Source of the DNA: Clostridiales bacterium
GTDB taxonomy: Bacteria > Bacillota > Clostridia > Saccharofermentanales > Saccharofermentanaceae
Direction of reading: 5' to 3'
DNA: 64,000 bases
Assembly (NCBI GenBank): GCA_017962145.1
Contig: JAGCVX010000014.1
Location: 5,162-69,161 of the forward strand
Part shown: positions 10,128-19,053 of the stretch, in pieces
How positions within the stretch are numbered: position 1 is the first letter of the stretch
Layout: each line of letters starts with the position of its first letter
The notes under the pieces: generated by a model
What the model was told of the DNA's origin: nothing
Database searches by the model: none
What the model saw: only the letters and a program-made list of their open reading frames with translations
Translations under genes and position numbers: made by a program

Positions 10128-11023
10128 TGCTTATGGCAAAGTGCGAAGTCTGTTTCCGGCATTGTGAGATCAAAGAAGGCGCCCTCGGATTCTGCGGCGC
10201 CCGAACCTGCAAAAACGGCCGAGTCGTTTCTGAAAACTACGGCCGCATCACTTCCTGCGCGCTCGATCCCATCGAGAAAAAGCCTCTTGCGAGATTCTTC
10301 CCCGGATCAAAGATCCTCTCGGTCGGAAGCTATGGCTGTAATCTCCGATGCCCGTTCTGCCAGAACAGCGAGATCTCCTGGGGCGAGGAAGTCGCGATGT
10401 TTCAAAAAGATCAGAACGCAACATCGGGGCGGATGGCGATGGTACAGGAAGTTACCCCGGACGATCTGGTACGTGTGGCACTTCGGGAAAAAGACGAAGG
10501 CAACATCGGCGTGGCATTTACCTATAACGAGCCGTTTATCAGCTATGAATTCGTAAGAGATACCGCAAAACTTTCGCAAAAGTACGGCCTGAAGAATGTC
10601 CTGGTGACGAACGGGACCGTGGAACTTCCGATCCTTCGAGAGCTTCTTCCCTATATCGATGCCATGAATATCGACCTCAAAGGCTTTACGGACCGCTACT
10701 ACGAGAAAGTCCTGGGCGGAAACAGAAAAGTCGTGATGGACTGTATCGAAGAGTCGGTAAAATCCTGCCACGTGGAACTGACGACCCTGATCGTGCCGGG
10801 CGAAAACGACGATCCGGAGGAGATCCGGGAGATGACGAAGTGGATCTGCGGCCTGAAAGATAAGGACGGAAAGGTCATCGGAGAGACGATCCCGCTTCAC
10901 GTATCAAGGTTCTTTCCGAGGTTTCATATGCAGGAAAAAAGCGCCACGGCGGTCTCTACCGTCTATCGTCTGGCGGAAGTAGCACGCGAAAGCCTAAAAT
11001 ATGTTTATACAGGAAATTGCTGA
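10127..11023 (+). CDS. AmmeMemoRadiSam system radical SAM enzyme
   Basis: CNLRCPFCQN (CxxxCxxC) cluster. The start overlaps the upstream stop (TAATG). Size of ~298 aa and the neighbour gene fit TIGR04337-type proteins. Confidence 0.75.
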   Translation: MLMAKCEVCFRHCEIKEGALGFCGARTCKNGRVVSENYGRITSCALDPIEKKPLARFFPGSKILSVGSYGCNLRCPFCQNSEISWGEEVAMFQKDQNATSGRMAMVQEVTPDDLVRVALREKDEGNIGVAFTYNEPFISYEFVRDTAKLSQKYGLKNVLVTNGTVELPILRELLPYIDAMNIDLKGFTDRYYEKVLGGNRKVVMDCIEESVKSCHVELTTLIVPGENDDPEEIREMTKWICGLKDKDGKVIGETIPLHVSRFFPRFHMQEKSATAVSTVYRLAEVARESLKYVYTGNC

Positions 11024-11029
11024 AATCAC

Positions 11030-11078
11030 ATGACAGCAGGGGAAAGTGGCTATATACTATAGGGGACAATATATTGTC
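11030..11078 (+). promoter_or_regulatory. Sigma-A-like promoter plus a perfect 14-bp palindrome at the predicted transcription start
   Basis: ATGACA (11030-11035), 17-nt spacer, TATACT (11053-11058), then GACAATATATTGTC (11065-11078) just before the RBS GAGGAGG. Confidence 0.5.
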
Positions 11079-11093
11079 ATGAGGAGGATAGTT

Positions 11094-11864
11094 ATGAAAA
11101 AGTTATTTACGAAGATCGTATCTGTCGCTCTGATTGCCAGCATGATGGGTGCGCTGGCAAGCTGTGCGACAAAGAAGAGCCTTACGGTAAACAAGGGGAA
11201 ACTGGTTATGGCGACAAATGCCTACTTCCCGCCGTATGAGTACTATGAGGGAACCAAGATCGTCGGTATCGATGCCGAGATCGCGGAAGCCGTTGCCAAG
11301 AAGCTCGGTCTGGAGCTGGAGATCCAGGACGTAGAATTCGATTCCATTATTGCAGGTGTACAGAGCAATAAGTACGATATCGGTATGGCAGGCATGACAG
11401 TTACTGAAGAGCGTAAGCAGGCAGTTAACTTCTCTTCCACATATGCTACAGGTATCCAGGCGATCATCGTTGCGGAGGATTCTCCGATCACAGATATCGA
11501 TACCATGATCGGCGGCGACTATAAGGTCGGCGTACAGACAGGTACAACCGGTGATATCTACATCACCGATGAAGTCGGCGACGAGCGTGTCGTTCGTTTC
11601 TCCAAGGGTAACGATGCCGTTCTGGCTCTTTCCACAGGTAAGGTTGACGCAGTCGTTATCGATAACGAGCCGGCGAAGTCTTTCGTTGCTGCAAACGAAG
11701 GCCTGAAGATCCTGGAAACACCGTATGCAGTAGAAGATTACGCTATGTGCATCAACAAAAACAACACTGAACTTCTTAACGAGATCAACAAGGCTCTCGC
11801 AGAGCTCACAGAGGATGGCACGATCGCTGCGATCATCGAAAAGTATATCCCGAGCAACGGCTGA
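11094..11864 (+). CDS. Amino-acid ABC transporter substrate-binding lipoprotein
   Basis: Lipobox LASC after a signal peptide. SBP_bac_3-like sequence (YFPPYEY, DIGMAGMT). Confidence 0.85.
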   Translation: MKKLFTKIVSVALIASMMGALASCATKKSLTVNKGKLVMATNAYFPPYEYYEGTKIVGIDAEIAEAVAKKLGLELEIQDVEFDSIIAGVQSNKYDIGMAGMTVTEERKQAVNFSSTYATGIQAIIVAEDSPITDIDTMIGGDYKVGVQTGTTGDIYITDEVGDERVVRFSKGNDAVLALSTGKVDAVVIDNEPAKSFVAANEGLKILETPYAVEDYAMCINKNNTELLNEINKALAELTEDGTIAAIIEKYIPSNG

Positions 11865-11892
11865 TCCGTTTAAATAGACCATAAAAACAACG

Positions 11893-11935
11893 ACAAAGAC
11901 GGAAAATGACTTTATTTCCGTCTTTGTTTCTTTTA
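11893..11935 (+). terminator. Hairpin terminator/attenuator between the binding-protein and permease genes
   Basis: 13-bp stem acaaagacggaaa / tttccgtctttgt followed by a T-rich tail. Confidence 0.6.
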
Positions 11936-11980
11936 CAATAGAATCTCGAAATGAATTGGATCCATGGAGGGGGAACCATC

Positions 11981-12748
11981 ATGTATAACAGCATACTGGC
12001 GCATCGCGTCTGCCTTGCGCTGCCGGCCTGGCTTGCCAAGCTGAAAGATGAATTCTATATCAACTTCGTCGCAGAGGACCGCTATAAATATCTGGTCAAA
12101 GGTCTGTGGATGACCTTGAAGATCACGTTCTTCGCAGTCCTTCTGGGTATCGCGCTGGGCGTCATCGCGGCGATTATCAGAAGTACACACGACAAAACCA
12201 TCGAGGAGATGCGTCCCGGTTTCGGCAAGGGCCTTCTTATCGTTTTAAATGCACTGGTCAAGCTCTATCTGACTGTCATCCGCGGTACTCCGGTAGTCGT
12301 TCAGCTCATGATCACCTACTACATCATATTCGCGTCATCGACGAATACGCTGCTTGTCGCGGTGCTGGCCTTCGGTATCAACTCCGGTGCTTACGTTGCG
12401 GAGATCATCCGATCCGGTATCATGAGTATCGATAACGGTCAGTTTGAGGCCGGCCGTTCTCTTGGTTTCAACTACATCCAGACCATGATCTACATCATCA
12501 TCCCGCAGGCATTTAAGAATGTCCTGCCGGCTCTGGCGAACGAATTCATCGTCCTGATCAAGGAGACATCCGTTTCCGGTTACGTCGGTATCCAGGATCT
12601 GACCCGCGGCGGCGACGTCATCCGAAGCCGTACATTCGTGGCCTTCATGCCGCTTCTTGCCGTAGCAGGTATCTACCTGATCATCGTCGTATTCTTCAGT
12701 AAGATGGTATCTATTCTGGAAAGGAGGCTGAGAAACAGTGAGCGCTGA
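11981..12748 (+). CDS. Amino-acid ABC transporter permease (His/Glu/Gln/Arg family)
   Basis: GGAGGGGG RBS precedes ATG 11981. EAA-type loop [22 protein letters not shown]. Confidence 0.85.
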   Translation: MYNSILAHRVCLALPAWLAKLKDEFYINFVAEDRYKYLVKGLWMTLKITFFAVLLGIALGVIAAIIRSTHDKTIEEMRPGFGKGLLIVLNALVKLYLTVIRGTPVVVQLMITYYIIFASSTNTLLVAVLAFGINSGAYVAEIIRSGIMSIDNGQFEAGRSLGFNYIQTMIYIIIPQAFKNVLPALANEFIVLIKETSVSGYVGIQDLTRGGDVIRSRTFVAFMPLLAVAGIYLIIVVFFSKMVSILERRLRNSER

Positions 12749-13502
12749 TAATTCTAATAACAATCATTCTGACGTGCTGATCTCGGTCCGCGACCTTTGC
12801 AAGCACTATAAAGGAGATATCCGCGCACTCGACGGGATCTCCACCGATATCAAAAAGGGAGAAGTCGTGGTCATCATCGGACCGTCCGGTTCCGGTAAAT
12901 CCACTTTCCTTCGTTCCCTGAACCTTCTCGAGCGTCCGACAAGCGGCCATATCACGTTCGAAGGAATCGATATCACTTCTCCGGAAAATGATATCAACAA
13001 ATACCGTCAGAAAATGGGTATGGTGTTCCAGCACTTTAATCTTTTCCCGCATCTGACGATCATCGATAACATGACACTGGCACCGAGAAAACTTCTGAAA
13101 ATGAACAAGGTCGATGCCGAGACAAAAGCCCGTGAACTTCTGGCAAAGGTTGCACTGGAAGATCGTGCGGACGCGTATCCGAGCCAGCTTTCCGGCGGAC
13201 AGAAACAGCGTATCGCGATCGTCCGCGCACTCTGCATGTCTCCGGATGTACTGCTTTTCGATGAGCCGACATCCGCACTCGACCCGGAGATGGTCGGTGA
13301 AGTACTCGATGTAATGAAGGACCTGGCAAAGACCGGCATGACCATGGCGGTCGTTACCCACGAGATGGGATTTGCCCGTGAGGTCGGTTCCCGCGTGATC
13401 TTCATGGATGAAGGAAAGATCATCGAAGAAGGTACACCGGAAGAGATCTTCGATCATCCGCAGAATGACCGACTGAAGACATTCCTGGCCAAGGTCCTGT
13501 GA
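12738..13502 (+). CDS. Amino-acid ABC transporter ATP-binding protein (GlnQ-like)
   Basis: Walker [10 protein letters not shown], signature LSGGQKQR, Walker [15 protein letters not shown] start with an AGGAGG RBS. Confidence 0.9.
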   Translation: MSADNSNNNHSDVLISVRDLCKHYKGDIRALDGISTDIKKGEVVVIIGPSGSGKSTFLRSLNLLERPTSGHITFEGIDITSPENDINKYRQKMGMVFQHFNLFPHLTIIDNMTLAPRKLLKMNKVDAETKARELLAKVALEDRADAYPSQLSGGQKQRIAIVRALCMSPDVLLFDEPTSALDPEMVGEVLDVMKDLAKTGMTMAVVTHEMGFAREVGSRVIFMDEGKIIEEGTPEEIFDHPQNDRLKTFLAKVL

Positions 13503-13624
13503 TCTTTTACACTTCGAAAATGTACATAAAGAATACACAACAATACTCTATACTGGGCACAGTGAAGCAAGGAAATGCTTGACTGACCGCAGTTTGAAAA
13601 ACAAATACACGAAGTGAGGATGAC

Positions 13625-15235
13625 ATGAAGAAGCATTACGTAAGAATGGCGATACTGGTGGGTGCCCTGATCCTGGTGGCATTCATTCTCGGCGGCTTTT
13701 TCTTTACGTATGTGCAGATCCAGAACATCAACGACGAATACATCGACAAGTGTGCGCAGAATTCGCGTGCCCAGGTCCTCTGGGACGAAAAAAACGGCTA
13801 TGACCTGGAGATTTCGATCAAGCAGACATACAGTCAGGCGTGGCGTTCGGCGGTGATCTATACAGGGACTGACATCGGATTTTCCGGAGAGTATTTCTGG
13901 GACGATGGAGAAAGAATGACGATTCCTTCGAGTGATTTCATATGGGTATACTCCAAAGACAATGATCGGGTCGATTACAATCAGTTCCGTATCATCCTGG
14001 TAGGGGACGATTTCGAAGGAGATCCGGACAGCAGAGAACTATGGGACATCGAACTGCGCGGACTAAGTGACAATGTCTTTGTTACGGAAGGTCTGATCGA
14101 TTATCGGATCAACAGCGAAGAAGAAGTAAAGACATATAAGATCAGAAGATCTTCGGTGGACCTCGGATTTGGCGAGATCGATGTAGCAGAGTGGAGTCAT
14201 GATAAGCTCTACGGCGAATACATCCGGATGGCCAAGACCAAGGGCGAGGCGGCGCTGAACAAAGAAGCGAAAGAGATCCTTTCCCGATTCAAAAAGAGTC
14301 AGGAAAATGGGGAATCCATGAAGATGTCGAAAGAAGGCTGGTTTTCTTCCTACTACATCTCCTACTTTACTTCGGATATGAACATCACGGTACCGCTGGG
14401 ACTTTACGGTGTGTATGTTTTCCATCCGTTCTCGATCGTGATGGCAGAAAATGCGCATGTTTATATTCTCTTTGCCGTGGTCCTTCTGATCCTGGAAGCG
14501 ATGGTTGCGATCGTAGCCCGAAAGATGTATCAGGAAAGAAAGAAATACGAGCTGAGAAGCCAGCAGCTGACAAGAAGCATCGCGCACGATCTGAAGACAC
14601 CGCTTGCGGTAACGAAAGCCTATGTCGAGAACTGGGAATATATCGATGAGAATGACCGTCCCGAGACCGCGGAGAATATTAATTCGGAAGTGGATCACAT
14701 GACGAAGATGGTCAATACGCTTCTCGATCTTTCGAACCTCGATGCCGGAAACCGTGAGCTGAAGATGGAAGAAGTGGAGCTATACAGCCTCTCACGAACA
14801 GTCTTTCGAAGGATGGAACCGCTTGCGCAGGAACGACATCTGGACGTGCAGTTCGAAACGGACAAAGAAGACGGAGAATACCTGGTAGAGGGTGATCTCG
14901 AACTTCTCAAGATCGCGATCGGAAACTTCCTTTCCAATGCGGTCAAGTATGGTGAAAAGAAGATCCGCATCCGGCTTTCGGAAAGCGGAAAGAATATCTT
15001 ATTCTCGGTGACCAACGATGGTACACCGATCGGTAAAAAAGAGATCAAGAAGATCTGGGATCCGTTCTATAAGACGGACAAAGCAAGGACCGGCCGTCTG
15101 GGAAGCAGCGGAGTGGGACTTGCCGTAAACAAGAGCATCCTTGAGCAGCATAAAGCGAAATACGGATGCAGAAGCGATGAAAGCGGAACCACATTCTGGT
15201 TCGAGATGAGAAAGGCGGAGGAAGATGGACAATAA
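13625..15235 (+). CDS. Sensor histidine kinase with a ~250-aa extracytoplasmic domain
   Basis: Two TM segments. H-box SIAHDLKTPLAV, N-box NFLSNAVKYG, G-box SGVGLAV. Confidence 0.85.
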   Translation: MKKHYVRMAILVGALILVAFILGGFFFTYVQIQNINDEYIDKCAQNSRAQVLWDEKNGYDLEISIKQTYSQAWRSAVIYTGTDIGFSGEYFWDDGERMTIPSSDFIWVYSKDNDRVDYNQFRIILVGDDFEGDPDSRELWDIELRGLSDNVFVTEGLIDYRINSEEEVKTYKIRRSSVDLGFGEIDVAEWSHDKLYGEYIRMAKTKGEAALNKEAKEILSRFKKSQENGESMKMSKEGWFSSYYISYFTSDMNITVPLGLYGVYVFHPFSIVMAENAHVYILFAVVLLILEAMVAIVARKMYQERKKYELRSQQLTRSIAHDLKTPLAVTKAYVENWEYIDENDRPETAENINSEVDHMTKMVNTLLDLSNLDAGNRELKMEEVELYSLSRTVFRRMEPLAQERHLDVQFETDKEDGEYLVEGDLELLKIAIGNFLSNAVKYGEKKIRIRLSESGKNILFSVTNDGTPIGKKEIKKIWDPFYKTDKARTGRLGSSGVGLAVNKSILEQHKAKYGCRSDESGTTFWFEMRKAEEDGQ

Positions 15236-15908
15236 GTTTCGAGTACTTCTTGCAGAAGATGAAAAAGCACTTCAGAATATGGTCTCTCTTTGCCTTTCGA
15301 AGAACGGCTTTGAAGTGGACGTCGTCGATAACGGAATCGATGCCTGCACCTATGTAGACAAGTTCCGCTACGACGCGATCATACTGGACATCATGATGCC
15401 AGGAAAAGACGGAAGGGAAGTATGTAAATACATCCGAAACAAATACGATGTGCCGGTGATCTTTCTGACGGCGCTCGGTGCGGAAAAAGATATCGTGGAA
15501 GGATATGAGATCGGAGCGGATGAATATGTTACCAAACCATTCTCGACAAAACTTCTTCTGATGAAGGTCAATGCACTGATCAACCGTTACAGAGGCCTTC
15601 TGGTAAAAGACGGAAAAATCGTGATCGATGAGATCGTGATCGAACCGGCAAGACGCGCGGTGTCGGTTGACGGAAAACGGATCGACCTGGCACCGAAAGA
15701 ATATGATCTGATGATGTTCTTTATCGAGAACAAGGATCGGGTACTGAGTCGAGACATCATCCTGGACAAAGTCTGGGGTGCGGATTTTGAAGGATATGAC
15801 CGTGCCGTGGATACACATGTTAAGAAGCTTCGTGCCACACTCGGTGATGCCAGTTACCATATCGAGACCGTGATCAAGTCTGGATATATCTGGAAGAACA
15901 GAAGCTGA
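15225..15908 (+). CDS. OmpR-family response regulator
   Basis: Receiver plus Trans_reg_C domains. Overlaps the kinase gene by 11 nt. Confidence 0.9.
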   Translation: MDNKFRVLLAEDEKALQNMVSLCLSKNGFEVDVVDNGIDACTYVDKFRYDAIILDIMMPGKDGREVCKYIRNKYDVPVIFLTALGAEKDIVEGYEIGADEYVTKPFSTKLLLMKVNALINRYRGLLVKDGKIVIDEIVIEPARRAVSVDGKRIDLAPKEYDLMMFFIENKDRVLSRDIILDKVWGADFEGYDRAVDTHVKKLRATLGDASYHIETVIKSGYIWKNRS

Positions 15909-15922
15909 AAGGAACCCGAAAA

Positions 15923-17080
15923 ATGAAAAAGAAAATCTTGTGCCTGCTGATGGTGCTTAGCACCATGGCTAGTCTTTGTGCGGCCTGTAACCGCGAAAAA
16001 ACATCAGAAAACACATCTTCTGATCCATCGATCAATCTTCCGGTATTTGAGCAGCCGGCGCCTCCGAAGATCGTTCTTTCCGACGATGAGCCGGAGCCGA
16101 CAAGAAGAAAAGATGCCTTGAAGGACCTCGCGCCGCAGGTCGATGAAAACGGAATGACGATCAGTCAGTGGCCGTCGATCACTTTGAGCGGCGACCCCGA
16201 TGAGATCATCGAAATCCAGGAAGACTGCTTCTACGAAGGTGAGCGATTCTTCATCTTCTTTCAAAACGGCGTGAAGATCCGCGGTGACGTAGCGGAGCAT
16301 CTGGACCGTATCATGTACGGACTGGAAGATCTGCTCCAGCTCTCCTACGAAAGAGACCCGGTGAACAGTGATATCAACTGGAGATATCTGTACTTCGATA
16401 ATGCATTTACCGATGTAAACAGAGACCTTGCGAAAGTAAATATCCTGATCATCAAGAACCCGGGCGACGGCGCGATCGAGTGGGCGGGAGAAAACGTGGC
16501 AGTACTTTTTGAAGAAGACGTATTTGATCCGGAGCACGATCTGGAAACAGCGTATCACGAACTGGCCCATGTGCTTCAGCTGCGACAGGCAAGTCCTTTC
16601 GGACGAGTCCTCGCGGAAGGTATCGCAGCTTATGCCGAATACCAGATGTGTATCCGGGAAAACCGTCCGGCCTGGGATACGGCGGGGTATCTCACAGACC
16701 GCAGAAATCCGTCTATCTACGATGAGTCTTTGATCTACACCGACCCCGTGGGAACGTTCATGCACGACACGGAAATCGACGGCGGACATAACGACTGGGA
16801 ATACCAGTACGGCATCAGATTCGTGACATTTCTCGTAGAAACTTATGGAGTCGAAGTCTTCGACAAGATGTGTCGGATCTCACTTGAGTTTACATACGAA
16901 GAAGCCAGGACCGACATGATCATCCGAGTCATCAAAGAAGCAACATCCGACGATGTATTTGAACAGTTTGCCGCGTGGCTCCCGGAAGGATGGGAAAGAT
17001 TCGGCGAAGAATACGAAGAGTATATGAAACAGTTTGACCCGATGCTGCAAATGCGGGATTCCACACAGGTTCCGGCCTGA
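15923..17080 (+). CDS. Lipoprotein with an HExxH zinc-metalloprotease-like motif
   Basis: Signal peptide ending LCAAC. YHELAHVLQ motif mid-protein. No further family recognised. Confidence 0.5.
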   Translation: MKKKILCLLMVLSTMASLCAACNREKTSENTSSDPSINLPVFEQPAPPKIVLSDDEPEPTRRKDALKDLAPQVDENGMTISQWPSITLSGDPDEIIEIQEDCFYEGERFFIFFQNGVKIRGDVAEHLDRIMYGLEDLLQLSYERDPVNSDINWRYLYFDNAFTDVNRDLAKVNILIIKNPGDGAIEWAGENVAVLFEEDVFDPEHDLETAYHELAHVLQLRQASPFGRVLAEGIAAYAEYQMCIRENRPAWDTAGYLTDRRNPSIYDESLIYTDPVGTFMHDTEIDGGHNDWEYQYGIRFVTFLVETYGVEVFDKMCRISLEFTYEEARTDMIIRVIKEATSDDVFEQFAAWLPEGWERFGEEYEEYMKQFDPMLQMRDSTQVPA

Positions 17081-17109
17081 GAAATAAAGTAACCATAGGA
17101 GGAAAGAAA

Positions 17110-18894
17110 ATGAAAAGAATGAATGCGATGTGTGCGGCACTTCTTGCCGCAGGCATGGTGTGTACCACCGTGCCCGGTTTGGGAGAATTTCTGGTCCGTG
17201 CAGATGAAAACGGCGTGACTTTGACCGACACGGAAGAGGACATCAAGATCGATGAAGATCATTTCCCGGACGAAGAATTCCGAGCGGTCATCGGACAGGA
17301 GTTCGATACGGATCAGGATGGGATCTTAAGTGAAAAAGAGATCGAAGAGGCCAAGACGCTCAACTGTCTGGGATGCAAGATCTATGACATTACCGGTATC
17401 GAATACCTCACTGAGCTCGAGGAACTGCAGTGCGGTTTCAATACACTTCGCGAGATCGATATCAGCAGCAATACAAAGCTCAAGAGCCTGGACTGCTACG
17501 ATACAAAACTGACATCACTGGATCTTTCCGGAAATCCGGAACTGGAATATCTTTGCTGCTCGGACAACAAACTGACGAAGCTGGATCTTTCATCCAACAC
17601 GAAGTTAAAGCAGGTCGAGTGCTACGAGAACCTGATCACGGATCTGGATATTTCAAAGAATACAGAACTGCTTTCGATCAATTGCTACGGCAATCGTCTG
17701 AAAGAACTGGATACCACAAACAATCCGAAACTGGAAATTCTCAGTTGCGGATATAATCCGATCGAATCCGTAGATGTAAGTAAGAATCCGAAACTTCAGG
17801 AATTCTGGTGTTATGGCGGTAGCCTTACGACTATCGATCTGAGCCACCACGCGGATCTTCACATCGTAAGTCTTGCGGAAAACCCGCTTACGGATCTGTA
17901 TCTTTTTGACTGCCCGATCATGCTTGATCTGATGAAGGTGAGCCCGCTTCAGCGCGAAGTGAATCCGTATACGGGTACAGAATATCTTTACAGTGAATTC
18001 GATTTTGAAAAAGACGGACAGCCGCTTCACTGTTTCATCTATTTCAACTCAACCGCGACGCTTGTCACAGATAAAGAACCTCCGAAGCCGGTCGCTCCGG
18101 AACCCTCCACACCACAGCCGGAGCCGGCCACTCCGGCTCCGGTTTCCGACCCGACATTCTCTGATTTTGTCGAGCGGTTGTACACGATCGCACTCGGTCG
18201 TGCTTCGGAAGCGGACGGCAAAGCATACTGGGAAGAACAGGTCATAAAGAAGGGCCTCACAGGTGCGGACTGTGTTCGTTTCTTCCTTCTGAATTCGCCT
18301 GAATTCATGAACCGTGATCTCCCGAACGATCAGTTTGTTGAAGTACTGTATCAGACCCTTTTCGGCCGTGCACCGGAAGCGGATGGAAAAACATACTGGC
18401 TGGGACGTCTTTCTTCCGGAACGACGAAGACCGATATGGTAAATGAACTGATCGAGTCTGTCGAGTGGTGCAACACCTGCGCAACCTACGGCGTCAAGTC
18501 CGGAGCGAAAAGCCATAAAGCTACCGTTGCTTCGAAAAATGCTACGAAGTTTGCGACACGTCTTTACACCTGCTGTCTCGGAAGAGACCCCGAAGCAGAA
18601 GGTCTCACATACTGGTCACTTGCTCTGACGAATCTCGATGCTACAGGTTATCAGGCGGCAAGCTTGTTCTTCACGCTGCCGGAGTTCACAGGACTGAAAA
18701 CCACGAACGAAGAATATCTGACACGTCTTTATAAGACATTCATGGGAAGAGAACCGGAGACAGATGGATTCAACTATTGGCTCGGACTCTTATCCGGCGG
18801 CAAGGACAGAAACGAAGTCATGAAAGCATTTGCAGCCTGTCCCGAATTCCAGGAGATCTGCAATTCTTACGGCATCGTGCGAGGCGAGATCTGA
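17110..18894 (+). CDS. Secreted leucine-rich-repeat protein with a Pro-rich linker and three C-terminal DUF4214 repeats
   Basis: Signal peptide, then ~10 repeats of a ~22-aa LRR (LxxLDxSxNxxLxxLxC). Linker PPKPVAPEPSTPQPEPATPAP. Then 3 copies of (F/Y)VxxLYxxxLGRxxExxGxxYW. Confidence 0.75.
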   Translation: MKRMNAMCAALLAAGMVCTTVPGLGEFLVRADENGVTLTDTEEDIKIDEDHFPDEEFRAVIGQEFDTDQDGILSEKEIEEAKTLNCLGCKIYDITGIEYLTELEELQCGFNTLREIDISSNTKLKSLDCYDTKLTSLDLSGNPELEYLCCSDNKLTKLDLSSNTKLKQVECYENLITDLDISKNTELLSINCYGNRLKELDTTNNPKLEILSCGYNPIESVDVSKNPKLQEFWCYGGSLTTIDLSHHADLHIVSLAENPLTDLYLFDCPIMLDLMKVSPLQREVNPYTGTEYLYSEFDFEKDGQPLHCFIYFNSTATLVTDKEPPKPVAPEPSTPQPEPATPAPVSDPTFSDFVERLYTIALGRASEADGKAYWEEQVIKKGLTGADCVRFFLLNSPEFMNRDLPNDQFVEVLYQTLFGRAPEADGKTYWLGRLSSGTTKTDMVNELIESVEWCNTCATYGVKSGAKSHKATVASKNATKFATRLYTCCLGRDPEAEGLTYWSLALTNLDATGYQAASLFFTLPEFTGLKTTNEEYLTRLYKTFMGREPETDGFNYWLGLLSGGKDRNEVMKAFAACPEFQEICNSYGIVRGEI

Positions 18895-18920
18895 TCCTTC
18901 GCACATAACAACTAACTACT

Positions 18921-18996
18921 AAAAAGAGGAATCATCCTGCACGGCAAGTTTGCGTAAGCAACTGTTCGCAGCCGAAAGGATGATTCCTCTTTTTTA
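18921..18996. terminator. Long hairpin element (copy A): 17-bp arms and a 40-nt loop, flanked by A- and T-runs
   Basis: Arms aaaaagaggaatcatcc and ggatgattcctcttttt. The loop is tgcacggcaagtttgcgtaagcaactgttcgcagccgaaa. Confidence 0.65.
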
Positions 18997-19053
18997 TTCT
19001 TCAAATATTCATGATATAATTTCATAGACAGATTATTGGAGAGGAGAAATGAC

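Noticed and set aside
17260-17340. EF-hand/dockerin-like DTDQDGILSEKEIEE segment in the LRR protein.
   Set aside because: It is a single copy, whereas dockerins have duplicated Ca-binding segments.
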